Shown: piece by piece, positions 1 to 14,232 of the stretch
Numbering within the stretch: the stretch's first letter is position 1
Layout: each line of letters begins with the position of its first letter
Source of the DNA: Tubiluchus corallicola
Taxonomy: Eukaryota; Animalia; Priapulida
Direction: 5' to 3'
Length of the DNA: 64,000 nucleotides
Assembly (NCBI GenBank): GCA_030141605.1
Contig: JAQGDQ010000754.1
Location: 37,634 to 101,633 of the forward strand
Translations under genes and position numbers: made by a program
The notes under the pieces: model-generated
What the model was told of the DNA's origin: nothing
Databases searched by the model: none
Seen by the model: the letters and a program-made list of their open reading frames with translations, nothing else

Positions 1-246
1 TAATGAATTCCAATCTTGACAGTCCCACACCATACCTTAGTATTTAGTGAATTCCAATCATTGACAGTCCCACACCATACCTTAGTATTTAATGAATTCC
101 AATCATTGACAGTCCCACACCATACCTTAGTATTTAGTGAATTCCAATCATTGACAGTCCCACACCATACCTTAGCATTTAATGAATTTCAATCATTGAA
201 AGTCCCACACCATACCTTAGCATTTAATGAATTTCAATCATTGAAA
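1..246. repeat. 45-bp minisatellite, about 5.5 copies (cut by window edge)
   Basis: Unit TAATGAATTCCAATCATTGACAGTCCCACACCATACCTTAGTATT repeated; explains the repetitive ORF 16..330. Confidence 0.95.
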
Positions 247-640
247 GTACTAAACACAAATCTATTCCTGTTTCTGCATCTCGGCTTAATAACTTTATAT
301 CCAGTACCTCGTAAATTATTAGCAAAATAACGACCAGGCTATAGTTTAGTCAGATTGTTCTTGACACGAAACATGAGGATCCAATCACCCCTCTTCCTTC
401 AAAATCTCTATGAGGGGAGTTTTCGAAAGTGAAATTTCTTCAGTGTCGTATGATATCCGTCTTTCAAGTGGGAAATTATTTAGTTGATCCTGCAAACTTT
501 ATGTATACATAATATTATTGATACTAGGCCACATGTGATCACGGGGCAAAGATGAAACTTGTGCATGCTGTGGCGTATCAGGAAAGTACACAATTTCTAT
601 ACCATGCTCGTTGCTTTATAAGTCTCATTATGAATGCATG

Positions 641-1263
641 CAGAGGCGTAGCAAGGTGGGGTGACAGGAGGCAATCACACTCGGGCGCAGGGTGTTCTAG
701 AGTTCAACGACTGTTAATTATTAATCACTAATCAGACGTTAATAAAACACTTAACAAAGGTTTTCAAACTACAACAAAATTGTCTAGTCAGAGATCATCA
801 TAGCTGACTTAATTACTACACAAAGCTTAGAAAAAGGGCTAATATTGTTACTTAATTGTGTGTGTAGGGTGTTGTGTGGCTTAGCACATCGATAATTTTG
901 TGGCATTTCTCTAAATGGCAATTGTATTATTATGAAAACCTATCATGTTCTGTGTCTTTCATAATCTTTGCATGTTTTAATGCTGGAACTCAATGTTTAA
1001 GGATTGTCGTGTTACGCGTAACTAATGCACAGGACAGAAGAGCTACTTCGGTGCAGTAGCGGAAATCGAATTCAGGCTAATTCTTAGAAAAACACGTTTA
1101 TATTTATCCCATCATGTCGAAAAACGAAAGTCAGGTTCATGGACACAAAAACTTGCACAATTTGTGGCTTCACCCAGTGAAACAAATGATCAAAACATTA
1201 AAGGGGGGGGCACTAGAAGTTTTTTTGCCCTTGGGTGCCATAAGCAGTTGCTACGCCACTCTG
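641..1263. mobile_element. Old non-autonomous DNA transposon (hAT-like MITE)
   Basis: Terminal inverted repeats CAGAGGCGTAGCAA ... TTGCTACGCCACT(CTG); no TSD visible. Confidence 0.55.
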
Positions 1264-3002
1264 TCTCAGGAATTTGTGGACTTGAATTTATTTCAGACAT
1301 GCAGATAGTGACTACATTATAGCGGTGGGCAATACCACCGATTTCCTAGTTAAAATGACTGATTATTTTCAGTCAGTAATCAATTACTATCATTGGCACC
1401 TGATTCCAAGTTCCAAGCCGGTGGTGGCTATGCAAATCTGTGCTCAAAGTGCATGGTAAAGCTTAACTGACCTTGCCAAAAGGGGAGTTTAGCTCTCCTC
1501 ACATTAAATTTGCGAAAAAGGCAACAAATTTTTACACCATTTTCAATCACTCTGCAGTAATATGAAATTAGTAAAGCTACAGCGGTCAGTCTTGAATGAG
1601 ATCTATTTTAAGTAGTCATGATCTGTATCAATAATATCGTATAAATTATAATCTTAATGAACTTCGTCACTATTATCCTCTTCAGTGTCAAAGAGGTATA
1701 ACAGCAGCAACAGTAAACACTAAAATCAAATAAACTGCAGCGGCCGCGACAACATAGCAATGTGTAAACTACATGTATAATGTATGCATTAATAAAAATC
1801 CGTTTTTAAGCTAACCCAATAGCTATAACTACACACGGACATTATCGTTAGACCCGTGATTCTGAGAGACAAGCATTACTTTAACTTTGTGTCGTCGATG
1901 TAGGTCAGTACTGCAATTTCACTATCTAGAAAGCACTACAACGTTCATATAAACTCACTGACCACCATAAACAAGAACAAGTCGGTTAGACTCGGTTTAA
2001 CACGGAGCGATAATCACACAAAGTTCACGAATCACGCGACTAGCAGCTGCAACTGAAATGAGGAGCCTTGCTGGCGGCTGCAAGCGTGAAGAAACACTGT
2101 ACAACGTACGCATGCGCAATACGCGAAGTGCAATAAAATAGCCTATAGCTATAACTTTATCTGTTTACCGGTACATCGAGTTAAATGTTTAATTTTCTTG
2201 CCAGTAGATGTCGTAGCATTAATTTAGGTTGCATCGTGTGCACTGCTATAACTGAATTATAGCTATAACACTCTGTATTGTTAGCAGAAACAGGTTCGTG
2301 GCTTATGATAAAACGGGTTGATTACAGAAAGGCAATGTATTATTTATCTATGAGCTCAGATGTAAACAGATTAGCAAAACAAGTAGCAACTGAGCAAGAA
2401 AAAAGAGCATATGAAGATTGTTGGTATTCAGAAATAAGCGCGGGCGTATCACGAATTTACGACGCCCAAGGCTGATAGTTCTGTCCCGCTCATCTCTCTT
2501 GTGAATTTATGGTTGTTTATGCAATGAGCAGATTAAACAATTACTTGTGGTGTAGTAAAAATACTATAAACCTATTTTCTACGTGGTAATTATTAATTAT
2601 ATGTATTCACATAGTGCTTATATTCAGGCAGGACACGCAATTGCTTGCTGTGTAATTCCTTGCACTTGTTCATTATGTGGTACATATATAAAAGCTGCAC
2701 TCAGTAACTGCCTGTGGTGTGTTATAAAATATGAATATGAGAGTGTACACATTTTCCGAGGAGACTAAGAATTTTTTCTAAAATTTGACACCTCTCAAAC
2801 TTTGGCACCCCAGGCTATAGACTAGTTAGCCTATTGACTAATACGCCCCTGAAAATAAGTGAGATATTGAATGATTATTAGGAAAGAAAAATAATTTGGG
2901 ACAAATAAAAAACGGAGAAATTAAAAAAAATAAACACGGAAAAGAGAAATAAAAAAACTATAAACCAAAAAATATTACAAGAACATTACAAGAAGGGAGG
3001 TA

Positions 3003-3392
3003 GAGAGGGGATTCCTGTTGTCTGGGCAACTCGGGATCTCCATACACCTTGCTCAGGCGTGCGCCCTGGAGACGTTCAAGGATCGCACTGCTCAGCCACA
3101 GCCGACGCTGCAGCTCCATCAATGTGATCAATAACTGACTCTCTTGGCGCACACTCCATTGTCTTCCGAGACAGAAGGATGCCAACCAACACCAGCGAGG
3201 AAGAGAGGGGGTTCCTGTTGTCTGGGCAACTCAGGATCTCCATACACCTTGCCCAGGCGTGCGCCCTGGAGACGTTCAAGGATCGCACTGCTCAGCCACA
3301 GTCGACGCTGCAGCTCCATCAATGTGATCAATAACTGACTCTCTTGGCGCACACTCCATTGTCTTCCGAGACAGAAGGATGCCAACAACAAC
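3003..3392 (-). mobile_element. Tandem dimer (200-bp period) of an RTE-clade retrotransposon 5'-UTR-like segment
   Basis: Two near-identical copies (CATACACC at 3041 and 3241). The minus strand starts (GTT)n GGCATCCTTCTGTCTCGGAAGACAATGG and contains CAGGGCGCACGCCTGGGCAAGGTGTATGGAG, resembling 5' UTRs of AviRTE/BovB-type RTEs as I recall them. The duplication is certain; the family call is tentative. Confidence 0.5.
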
Positions 3393-3757
3393 AATAATAT
3401 ATTTAGATATATTTCTTTTTACCTTAAGCCCATGGTTCTAAGTTTTAGTATTAAATACTTTTAACGTGTATTTTTGTATGTGGAACAAATGAATTTATTA
3501 ATATTCATCAACTGATGATTTTTAGCTCACTTGTATATATCTGTATTTATTTAATCTTATTGTATGTTTAGCCATGTTGTTTTCATAGATGAAATGTGGA
3601 GTAGAAGAATAATATTAAATCGTGAAAATGACGAAGTGTTCAGATTAAATTATCTTATTATTATTATTATTATTATTATTAATTCTTTATTTGTCATTAA
3701 AATGGTTCACTCATTATAATAAAATTGAGTAAGCCTCAGCTTAATGTTAAGATACCA

Positions 3758-4631
<874 letters not shown>

Positions 4632-5493
4632 GATAACAACACTGTTCAAGACAAATGCGTCCAGTGCATATTAAAAAAACTAAAGCGCAAAACTAAGGCC
4701 TAATTACATACAGTAAATGAACATATTTACAAACACCATATTAAAATATTTTTACAAAACAATATTACAAAAGTACATTAAATTTTACACGACACATTTT
4801 ACACTATATATACATTTGACATGACACAATTAACAGAAACATGCTTTACATTACATAAATTTCACTCATTACATTTCCACTATTTATACATTTGACATTA
4901 CAAAACAAACATAACACGTATTACATTACATAATTTTTTAAAAATTTTACGTTCTTAATCGTTTTATGGAGTCAGGGGTGTTGTGTTGTGTTGACAAAAT
5001 TGTGTTGACACAATAAAACAATGTTGACACAGTAATGTCCCTTACAACACCAACGTCCAGTTACGGTGAAAACATCTCGGCAAAAATAGACCACTTGTTA
5101 GGTTGTTTCACAAGCGAGCAATCAAAAGCAACCACTTACAATATAACCGGGTTACAAAGCCTTTCTTATATGCTACAAAACATTCAACTTATTAAAATGT
5201 AATTTAATCAGTTTAATAAAAACTTCGTTAGATGGCGGTTCATGCAGGTAATTTAAGTTTTTTGGCGGGTGACACGGAGGCACTAACTTTAAGTTCAGTC
5301 CACTCCAGGGACACCACTCCAATATAAACTAATCCAATCCAGTCTTGCTGATTCACCCAAGTCGATCCAGTTTTGCTATTCTGCCTGTAACTTCAGTTCG
5401 TACACTAACTGAGTCCAATATATTTGATATTATCAAAGCTATGAATTATTACTACGAGACCATAGTAACTAAATAAGACGGTTAAACATAGTA

Positions 5494-5835
5494 CAGTTGA
5501 CCCTCGTTAAACCGGACCCCGTTAGCCCCGATATCGGATAAGACGGATGTCATCCGTGGTCAAGGAAACTGACCGATTTCCGTCCGAGCCCGAGCGCTAA
5601 ACACAACACGGCCTACCAACTGTAGAATAATTTCTTTATCCTCACAGGTTAACTATTTTAAAGTAATATACAGTATAGTATATAGTGCACAGTATATAGA
5701 GCAATGTATGTAGGCCTTATTAAGGTGATTATTCCTGTATAATATAGACCATATATAGGCATATCGGCATATCGGACAATCGGCTAAACCGGACCCCCCC
5801 CCCCCCCATTAGTCCGGTTTAACGAGGGTTGACTG
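5494..5835. mobile_element. Tc1/mariner-pogo (Tigger-like) MITE
   Basis: 24-bp TIRs CAGTTGACCCTCGTTAAACCGGAC / GTCCGGTTTAACGAGGGTTGACTG (22/24 match), TA on both flanks (5492-5493, 5836-5837). Confidence 0.85.
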
Positions 5836-6396
5836 TACAAGGTTTTCTCAAAATAGTTGAAAAAGCTACTGATAGGTGGCGGTGCTATATCATTCGCGCT
5901 TTTAACTTACTTTTAGAATTTGCTTGAAGCGCATTAAGAAGCTGCTGCAATCTCCTGGCAACATGTTGGTCACGTGGTGCATGTGTGCAGAAGCCGATTC
6001 ATTGAGTGCTGGGCTTCTCGAAGATGCGACGAGGTGGTGCAGAAAGGGTGTTGCTAAATATCGTAATTAAATAAGTTCCTGTGAAATTAAAGAAAAATGG
6101 CGCGTTATGAAATTAGTGCTAAACTGATCTACTTGAAAAAGTGCGTTACTGTTGTAGTATTGTGCCCAGGTTGTGTACAATGATTAATCCTAACCTCGTA
6201 GATGTGTGTATGATTAGCTTTGATTGTGTAAGTGTTAAGATTCGCGCAGACACTCGCTTAAGCGTGAGCGCACTCTTCTTTGTAACCGAATAATCGACTG
6301 TTTAATCATCTATAGAAGTTTTGGTGTAGTTATTATGTATAAAATGTGGAAAATGTGGCTATCGTGTGACGTAGTTTGAATTATCTAAGCCTAATT

Positions 6397-6647
6397 ATGG
6401 CAGAACAGTCCAGCGGACCGACGTCACTAGCTGCCGAAGATGGTGGAAAGGCAGGTGAAAATGCGTCGGAACCCGGCAAAAATCAGGAACCCGACCGGGA
6501 GTCTTCCGAGACGCGAGTTCGAGGCATGGATTCCGGACAGGCGGATCAGGATTCGGAGCTCCCGTACCCAGATTTTGTGCCTGTTGCGTTCTTTATGGAT
6601 CAATACACGGCGCCACGAAGATGGTGCATTAGACTGCTGGTCTGGCC
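6397..6647 (+). CDS. Cav3: First coding exon of a T-type voltage-gated calcium channel alpha-1 subunit (Cav3; CACNA1G/H/I, Ca-alpha1T, cca-1 orthologue)
   Basis: ATG at 6397 in good context (attATGG). Translation ends ELPYPDFVPVAFFMDQYTAPRRWCIRLLVWP, matching the Cav3 N-terminal motif LPYP...PVxFF..Q...PR.WC.R....P that precedes IS1 (WFER). The exon ends in phase 2 inside the Pro codon at a U12 donor, where Cav3 genes carry an AT-AC intron. Confidence 0.9.
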
Positions 6648-6656
6648 ATATCCTTT
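6648..6656 (+). promoter_or_regulatory. U12-type (minor spliceosome) AT-AC 5' splice site
   Basis: ATATCCTTT is a perfect match to the U12 donor consensus RTATCCTTT, directly after ...TGGCC. Confidence 0.9.
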
Positions 6657-6884
6657 TTAGTTTAAATATTTAATTAAAGTAGTACGATGTAAAAATCTAA
6701 GAAGGTTATCTACAAGGTCACCCATATGGGTTTTTTCTTTCTTAATTTCTATTGAAACGTTTGTTAGCAGCTCATAGTTATAGTTTTAGTTTCAGACCAC
6801 AGTGCTTAAATTGCCGCGTGTATTATCAACTGTGTTATTAATTCGATTAAATAGTGAACTTAAAGTGCAACATTCATCTTTTCA

Positions 6885-7510
<626 letters not shown>

Positions 7511-7977
7511 ATTTCTATCTAACTTTATAATAGGCAATAAAACGTTATAACGGTATAATTATATTCGCCGCGCTTTGAATTCTTGTCCATGTCTGACTCG
7601 AACAACCCGAAATTTTGATGTTCATCATCTAACTGAATAGTTCTCTAAGGGAAGCTTTCAAAAACACATTTCACTGATTTCAAAAGGGATGTGATGGCTG
7701 GCTGCGTGGGGCTCCATTAACTCGTCATGGCGCAGCGATGGCTTCAACCAGAACAAATTGCAGCAAATTTTAAAACGTCTCGAATAGGTCAACGCGAACT
7801 TCTCATGAAATCGATATCAGTTTTACTAATAAAGGCCTCCGAGCTGGTAGCTTAGTTAAAATGGCGTAGACGTTGAGCGTTCGATAAAAATAATAATTTA
7901 CTAGGCTGTAGTTTAACATGTTGCAAATGTCAGAGAGAAAGAGACTGCTTATTAGAATGTGAAAAACATTGTTACAG

Positions 7978-9320
7978 TTCTCACTGGCAAGCTTACAGTA
8001 ACAATGAGTTTCACATTGTAATAGCAGTCTTTTTCTCCCTGACAAGCTTACAGTAACAATGAGTTTCACATTGTAATAGCAGTCTCTTTCTCCCTGACAA
8101 GCTTACAGTAGCAATGAGTTTCACATTGTAATAGTAGCCTCTTTCTGATTGACAAGCTTACAGTAACAATGAGTTTCACATTGTAATAGCAGCCTCTTTC
8201 TCACTGACAAGCTTACAATAACAATGAGTTTCACATTGTAATACAGCCTCTTTCTGATTGACAAGCTTACAGTAACAATGAGTTTCACATTGTAATAGTA
8301 GCCTCTTACTGATTGACAAGCTTACAGTAACAATGAGTTTCACATTGTAATAGCAGTCTCTTTGTCATTGACAAGCTTACAATAACAATGAGTTTCACAT
8401 TGTAATAGTAGCCTCTTTCTGATTGACAAGCTTACAGTAACAATGAGTTTCACATTGTAATAGCAGCCTCTTTCTCACTGACAAGCTTGCAATAACAATG
8501 AGTTTCACATTGTAATAGTAGCCTCTTTCTCATTGACAAGCTTACAGTAACAATGAGTTTCACATTTATCCCTCACACATTCACATTGAATAGCACTAAT
8601 TCTCACTGACAAGCTTACAGTAACAATTAGTTTCACATTGTAATAGCAGCCTCTTTCTCACTGACAAGCTTACAATAACAATGGGTTTCACATTGTAATA
8701 GCAGCCTCTTTCTCACTGAAAAGCTTACAGTAGCAATGAGTTTCACATTGTAATAGCAGCCTCTTTCTCACTGACAAGCTTACAATAACAATGAGTTTCA
8801 CATTGTAATAGCAGCCTCTTTTTCATTGACAAGCTTACAGTAACAATGAGTTTCACATTGTAATAGCAGTCTCTTTGTCATTGACAAGCTTACAATAACA
8901 ATGAGTTTCACATTGTAATAGCAGCCTCTTTCTCCCTGAAAAGCTTACAGTAGCAATGAGTTTCACATTGTAATAGCAGCCTCTTTCTCACTGACAAGCT
9001 TACAATAACAATGAGTTTCACATTGTAATAGCAGCCTCTTTCTCACTGACAAGCTTACAGTAACAATGAGTTTCACATTGTAATAGCAGCCTCTTTCTCA
9101 CTGACAAGCTTACAATAACAATGAGTTTCACATTGTAATAGCAGCCTCTTTCTCACTGACAAGCTTACAATAACAATGAGTTTCACATTGTAATAGCAGT
9201 CTCTTTCTCACTGACAAGCTTACAGTAACAATGAGTTTCACATTGTAATAGCAGCCTCTTTCTCACTGACAAGCTTACAATAACAATGAGTTTCACATTG
9301 TAATAGCAGCCTCTGTCTCT
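7978..9320. repeat. 55-bp minisatellite, about 24 copies
   Basis: GACAAGCTTACAGTAACAATGAGTTTCACATTGTAATAGCAGCCTCTTTCTCACT; GACAAG at 8041, 8096, 8151. Confidence 0.95.
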
Positions 9321-9901
9321 AAAATCACTAACACACTTTTTTATTTGCTGTATTGTGGTTAAAACGCGCTGAAATGAGGACGTGTGAGAGTTTTTCAAAA
9401 TTGTCACGGAATTTGGAAAGCAATCACTGCAGTTGATTAAAATTTAATGAAATTCTTTTAGTGTCGTTACAATTTTGTTACAAACACATGTTCTCATGAT
9501 TAGCATAGAGGGCGTGTTCGAAATGTAACAGCATCAACCTCGGTTAGAACCTGTCACTAAATGCCACAGCTAAACATTTTCTGCTTCTTCATCTCCTGCT
9601 TTTGGGATGGTCTCACTGGGAGTCGACTGCATTCATGCATAATAGTGAAACGTACTAAACAGACGTAATTCCAACAGTAATGCATAAAGTGAATAACCTC
9701 GTATGATTACGTTTTCAACACTTTTATGCGTTTTATAACGTGTTAAAACTTGTGCATCAAACGGCTGTGTTTCACTTTGATCTACGATACAAAGAATAAT
9801 AAATTTATAAAGTTCGAAAACGATAATAGCGCTTGGTTCTCGTGCCGTATGGGCTTGCAAAATGTCTCAGCCAGTAAAATTTTGAACTGAAGCCCTGTTT
9901 C

Positions 9902-9983
9902 GGGGGACCTAGTGGTCTAGACAGCAGACTGCCGATACTCGTTGCATATTTTCAGTCTCGGGTTCGAGTCCTCCAGTTGCCAA
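9902..9983 (+). mobile_element. tRNA-derived SINE-like head
   Basis: A-box-like TAGTGGTCTAG and B-box GGTTCGAGTCC with tRNA-like order; no clean cloverleaf. Confidence 0.5.
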
Positions 9984-10000
9984 CGCCAAGATTTGTCAAC

Positions 10001-10522
10001 ATTGTTCATACTAGTAAAATCGGGACATATGTTTGAAGTTTTAGTGAAGGCTATTGTTCATGTTAGTAAAGTCGGGACATGTGCTTGAAGTTTTAGTGAA
10101 GGTTATTGTTCATATTAGTAAAATCGGGACATATGTTTGAAGTTTTAGTGAAGGATATTTTTCATATGAGTAAAATCGGGACATATGTTTGAAGTTTTAG
10201 TGAAAGCTATTGTTCATATTAGTAAAATCAGGACATATGTTTGAAGTTTTAGTAAAGGCTATTGTTCATATCAGTAAAATCAGGACATATGTTTGAAGTT
10301 TTAGTAAAGGCTATTGTTCATATTAGTAAAATCAGGACATATGTTTGAAGTTTTAGTAAAGGCTATTGTTCATATTAGTAAAATCAGGACATATGTTTGA
10401 AGTTTTAGTAAAGGCTATTGTTCATATTAGTAAAATCAGGACATATGTTTGAAGTTTTAGTAAAGGCTATTGTTCATATTAGTAAAATCAGGACATATGT
10501 TTGAAGTTTTAGTAAAGGCTAT
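10001..10522. repeat. 52-bp minisatellite, about 10 copies
   Basis: ATTGTTCATATTAGTAAAATCAGGACATATGTTTGAAGTTTTAGTAAAGGCT. Confidence 0.95.
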
Positions 10523-11137
10523 CTTCCTGTCAATTTTATATTTATCCCAGTTCATTAAAAAGCAGCACAATGACTTCTTTGTCCATAGACGAACTTAAGG
10601 GTTCTACCCCTATTGCTTCTTGTTTTATCAAGGTCACTGCAACTTCACGGCTGAGGGGGGAGGCGCGCAAATTGAAGTAATATTTTTTGAAAATTTCAGC
10701 TTGTAGATCAAAATTATGAAGTTCTACATATGTTATCCTATGGTACCTAAACATCTGCATTTTCAAAAATTTATCACCTATAATTTGACGCTAAATTATA
10801 ATTGTTCTGTGAACTTTTTGTAATTGAAAAGGCATTACAATAAAATGCTAACTCCACTATTGTTAAATTTATTCAATGAATCGACGTATCATATCAGATG
10901 TTACTGTATCTATGGCAATGTATCTTGCTCTGGGGAGCATATCTCTATTATGCAGCTCAGCTCACTGCGTTATAAACTGATTAATAATGAATCATTGCAG
11001 AAGCTGAATAATTAAACAAAGTATGCACGTTTGTCAGCTTGCTTTAACGATGATTTTCTAATGCAGCACCCTGTTTTTAATTACTACTAGGATGCCTTGA
11101 ATTACCTTCTCTTTACAGTCTAAATAGGTCTGCCCTT

Positions 11138-11479
11138 ATATAAAAAAAACTTGTCCATGGCTTCATCCAATAGCCATTGTAATATGAAAAAAAACTTGTC
11201 CATGGCTTCATCCATCAGCCATTGTAATATAAAAAACTTGTCCATGGCTTCATCCATCAGCCATTGTAATATAAAAAAAACTTGTCCATGGCTTCATCCA
11301 CCAGCCATTGTAATATGAAAAAGAACTTGTCCATGGCTTCATCCATCAGCCATTGTAATATAAAAAAACTTGTCCATGGCTTCATCCATCAGCCATTGTA
11401 ATATAAAAAAACTTGTCCATGGCTTCATCCATCAGCCATTGTAATATAAAAAAAGTTGTCCATGGCTTCATCCATCAGC
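11138..11479. repeat. 42-45-bp minisatellite, 8 copies
   Basis: A-run + CTTGTCCATGGCTTCATCCATCAGCCATTGTAATAT. Confidence 0.95.
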
Positions 11480-12525
11480 GGTTGGTATAAATCAGACAGA
11501 ACTGAATGCGGTCGTAGTCCTAACGTATGTACACCTCAGACGCGTACGACAACTTGCGTACGCTAATGTCCCGCGGTCTAGTTATATTCCGCACTTGTTC
11601 GAAATCATTCTCACAGCGGCGACACCTCTTTGCCACTGACTACATACAGGATACGTCTGAAACCACGTCTGCCGGAGGGCTGCATCATGGCCTGATTTAC
11701 TGTGAGCTCCGCTTCGCGTGGGGTAGCGCGGGGGAGGAATGCACTGTATTGGCATACATGCAGAATGTTCAACGCTGAAGCTCATGCGTGACGAACATGA
11801 TGTACGCCTCACGATACCTGATCAACAGAGGATTTGAATTTTATAGTTAACAATTTCAAGCGACATTGCATTTTGAATACAATATATAAGTTACAAGTTT
11901 ATTTATTTCCACTCTGCATCTAACAGTTATAATAAAAATACAGATAATTTCACTGAAGTAAATATAAATATAAATGCAATATTATACAGAAATTACAAAA
12001 GAGATTCTTATGCAGCACATACATGTGCAAATTACATTACAGAATAATTTTGATGCCTACAGTTTGAGCCTAAAAGCATAGCTTGACAGGCCAAACTGTA
12101 CGTGGAAATCTTAAAGAAATGATTAATAATTGAAATAATGATAATATTCACATAAATGTTTGGGGGGGGGGGGAGTAGTGAATGAAAGATGAAATGGAGC
12201 GAGAACTAAGAAAAACTGTGATCATGATTATAAAGTGAATCATGATTATATAGCTTATGGGGGGAATCTCATTTGGCTGAATGTGTTAACTGAATTTTTT
12301 TTCATTTTAGCTTTAATTTTATATGCTATTTCTCTAGTTTGTAGTTTGGAATATATTTGCACAGAAAAGGGGCTTGATTGTCACGGCGTGCGTGCTTGGC
12401 TACGATAGTTAATTAGTGGTGAGCTTAGACAGTGAATGGATAGATGACCAATGTTAAGCTTGCAGTTTATTCAGAATGCACAGCGAACGCGAATTACGTT
12501 TTTACGTTTAGAAATGTGCGTATAT

Positions 12526-13663
12526 AGGGATGCTGCTTGGCTATCGTACTTAAACAGTGTGGAGCCTAGCCAATAGATAGATGGGTGACCCGAATTTGCT
12601 TCTGTAGTTTATTCAGTAAAGCGCATCAACAGAGAAACGATTTTTTCTCATATTTCTCAGATCACACAGAAACAATTGATAGTATTAGGGATGCTGCTTG
12701 GCTATCGTACTTAAACAGTGTCGAGCCTAGCCAATAAATAGATGGGTGACCAGAATTTGCTTCTGTAGTTTGTTCAGTAAAGCACGTCAACAGAGAAACT
12801 ATTTTTTCTCATATTTCTCAGATCACACAGAAACAATTGATAGTATTAGGGATGCTGCTTGGCTATCGTACTTAAACAGTGTCGAGCCTAGCCAATAAAT
12901 AGATGGGTGACCAGAATTTGCTTCTGTAGTTTGTTCAGTAAAGCACGTCAACAGAGAAACTATTTTTTCTCATATTTCTCAGATCACACAGAAACAATTG
13001 ATAGTATTAGGGATGCTGCTTGGCTATCGTATTTAAATAGTGTCGAGCCTAGCCAATGAATAGATGGGTGACCAGAATTTGCTTCTGTAGTTTGTTCAGT
13101 AAAGCACATCAACAGAGAAACGATTTTTTCTTATATTTCTCAGATCACACAGAAACAATTGATAGTATTAGGGATGCTGCTTGGCTATCGTACTTAAACA
13201 GTGTCGAGCCTAGCCAATAAATAGATGGGTGACCAGAATTTGCTTCTGTAGTTTGTTCAGTAAAGCACGTCAACAGAGAAACTATTTTTTCTCATATTTC
13301 TCAGATCACACAGAAACAATTGATAGTATTAGGGATGCTGCTTGGCTATCGTACTTAAACAGTGTCGAGCCTAGCCAATAAATAGATGGGTGACCAGAAT
13401 TTGCTTCTGTAGTTTGTTCAGTAAAGCACGTCAACAGAGAAACTATTTTTTCTTATATTTCTCAGATCACACAGAAACAATTGATAGTATTAGGGATGCT
13501 GCTTGGCTATCGTACTTAAACAGTGTCGAGCCTAGCCAATAAATAGATGGGTGACCAGAATTTGCTTCTGTAGTTTGTTCAGTAAAGCGCATCAACAGAG
13601 AAACGATTTTTTCTTATATTTCTCAGATCACACAGAAACAATTGATAGTATTTAGGGATGCTG
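12526..13663 (+). repeat. 161-bp tandem repeat, 7 copies, containing a 5S rRNA-like segment
   Basis: Period 161 (TAGGGATGC at 12686, 12847, 13008). A 48-nt segment aligns without gaps to the 5S internal control region. Confidence 0.9.
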
Positions 13664-13968
13664 AAGGTTCGTGGATTCCTCACCTCATAATCTTAACTGG
13701 CGTTATCTGTAGCGCGGGAAGCTGCGAGTCTCATCCGCACATCAATGCAAGCTGCAGCCGTGCAAGAAATTTCGAAATCTCTCCTCCGTATGGATTTCAA
13801 AGACTTTGTTTGTATCGTGCCGTGATTTGTCGTTCCCTTGTGCTGTAAATCCTGATAACTTGGCTTCCAAGCGCGCGTGTCTTCCACTGGTTTCCTGTAG
13901 TTACGTATGCTAATAGATTTTGCCCACAACTCTAGCGGGACAGCGGGACATAAAACTGTCAATTCTGT

Positions 13969-14160
13969 ACACATACACGCATACACATACACATACGCGT
14001 ACGCGTACACGTACACGTACACATACACGTACACGTACACGTACACATACCATACACATACACATACACATACCATACACATACGCATACGCATACACGT
14101 ACACGTACACGTACACGCACACGCACACGCACACGCACACGCATACGCATACACGTACAC

Positions 14161-14232
<72 letters not shown>

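Noticed and set aside
5870-6396. Cav3 core promoter (E-box CACGTG at 5971, AAAATGGCG near 6094)
   Set aside because: Short motifs only; the transcription start cannot be placed and an upstream non-coding exon is possible.
6376-6660. ORF 6376..6660 as a complete small protein
   Set aside because: It starts at TTG upstream of the better ATG (6397), and the final YPF* is read-through into the U12 intron.
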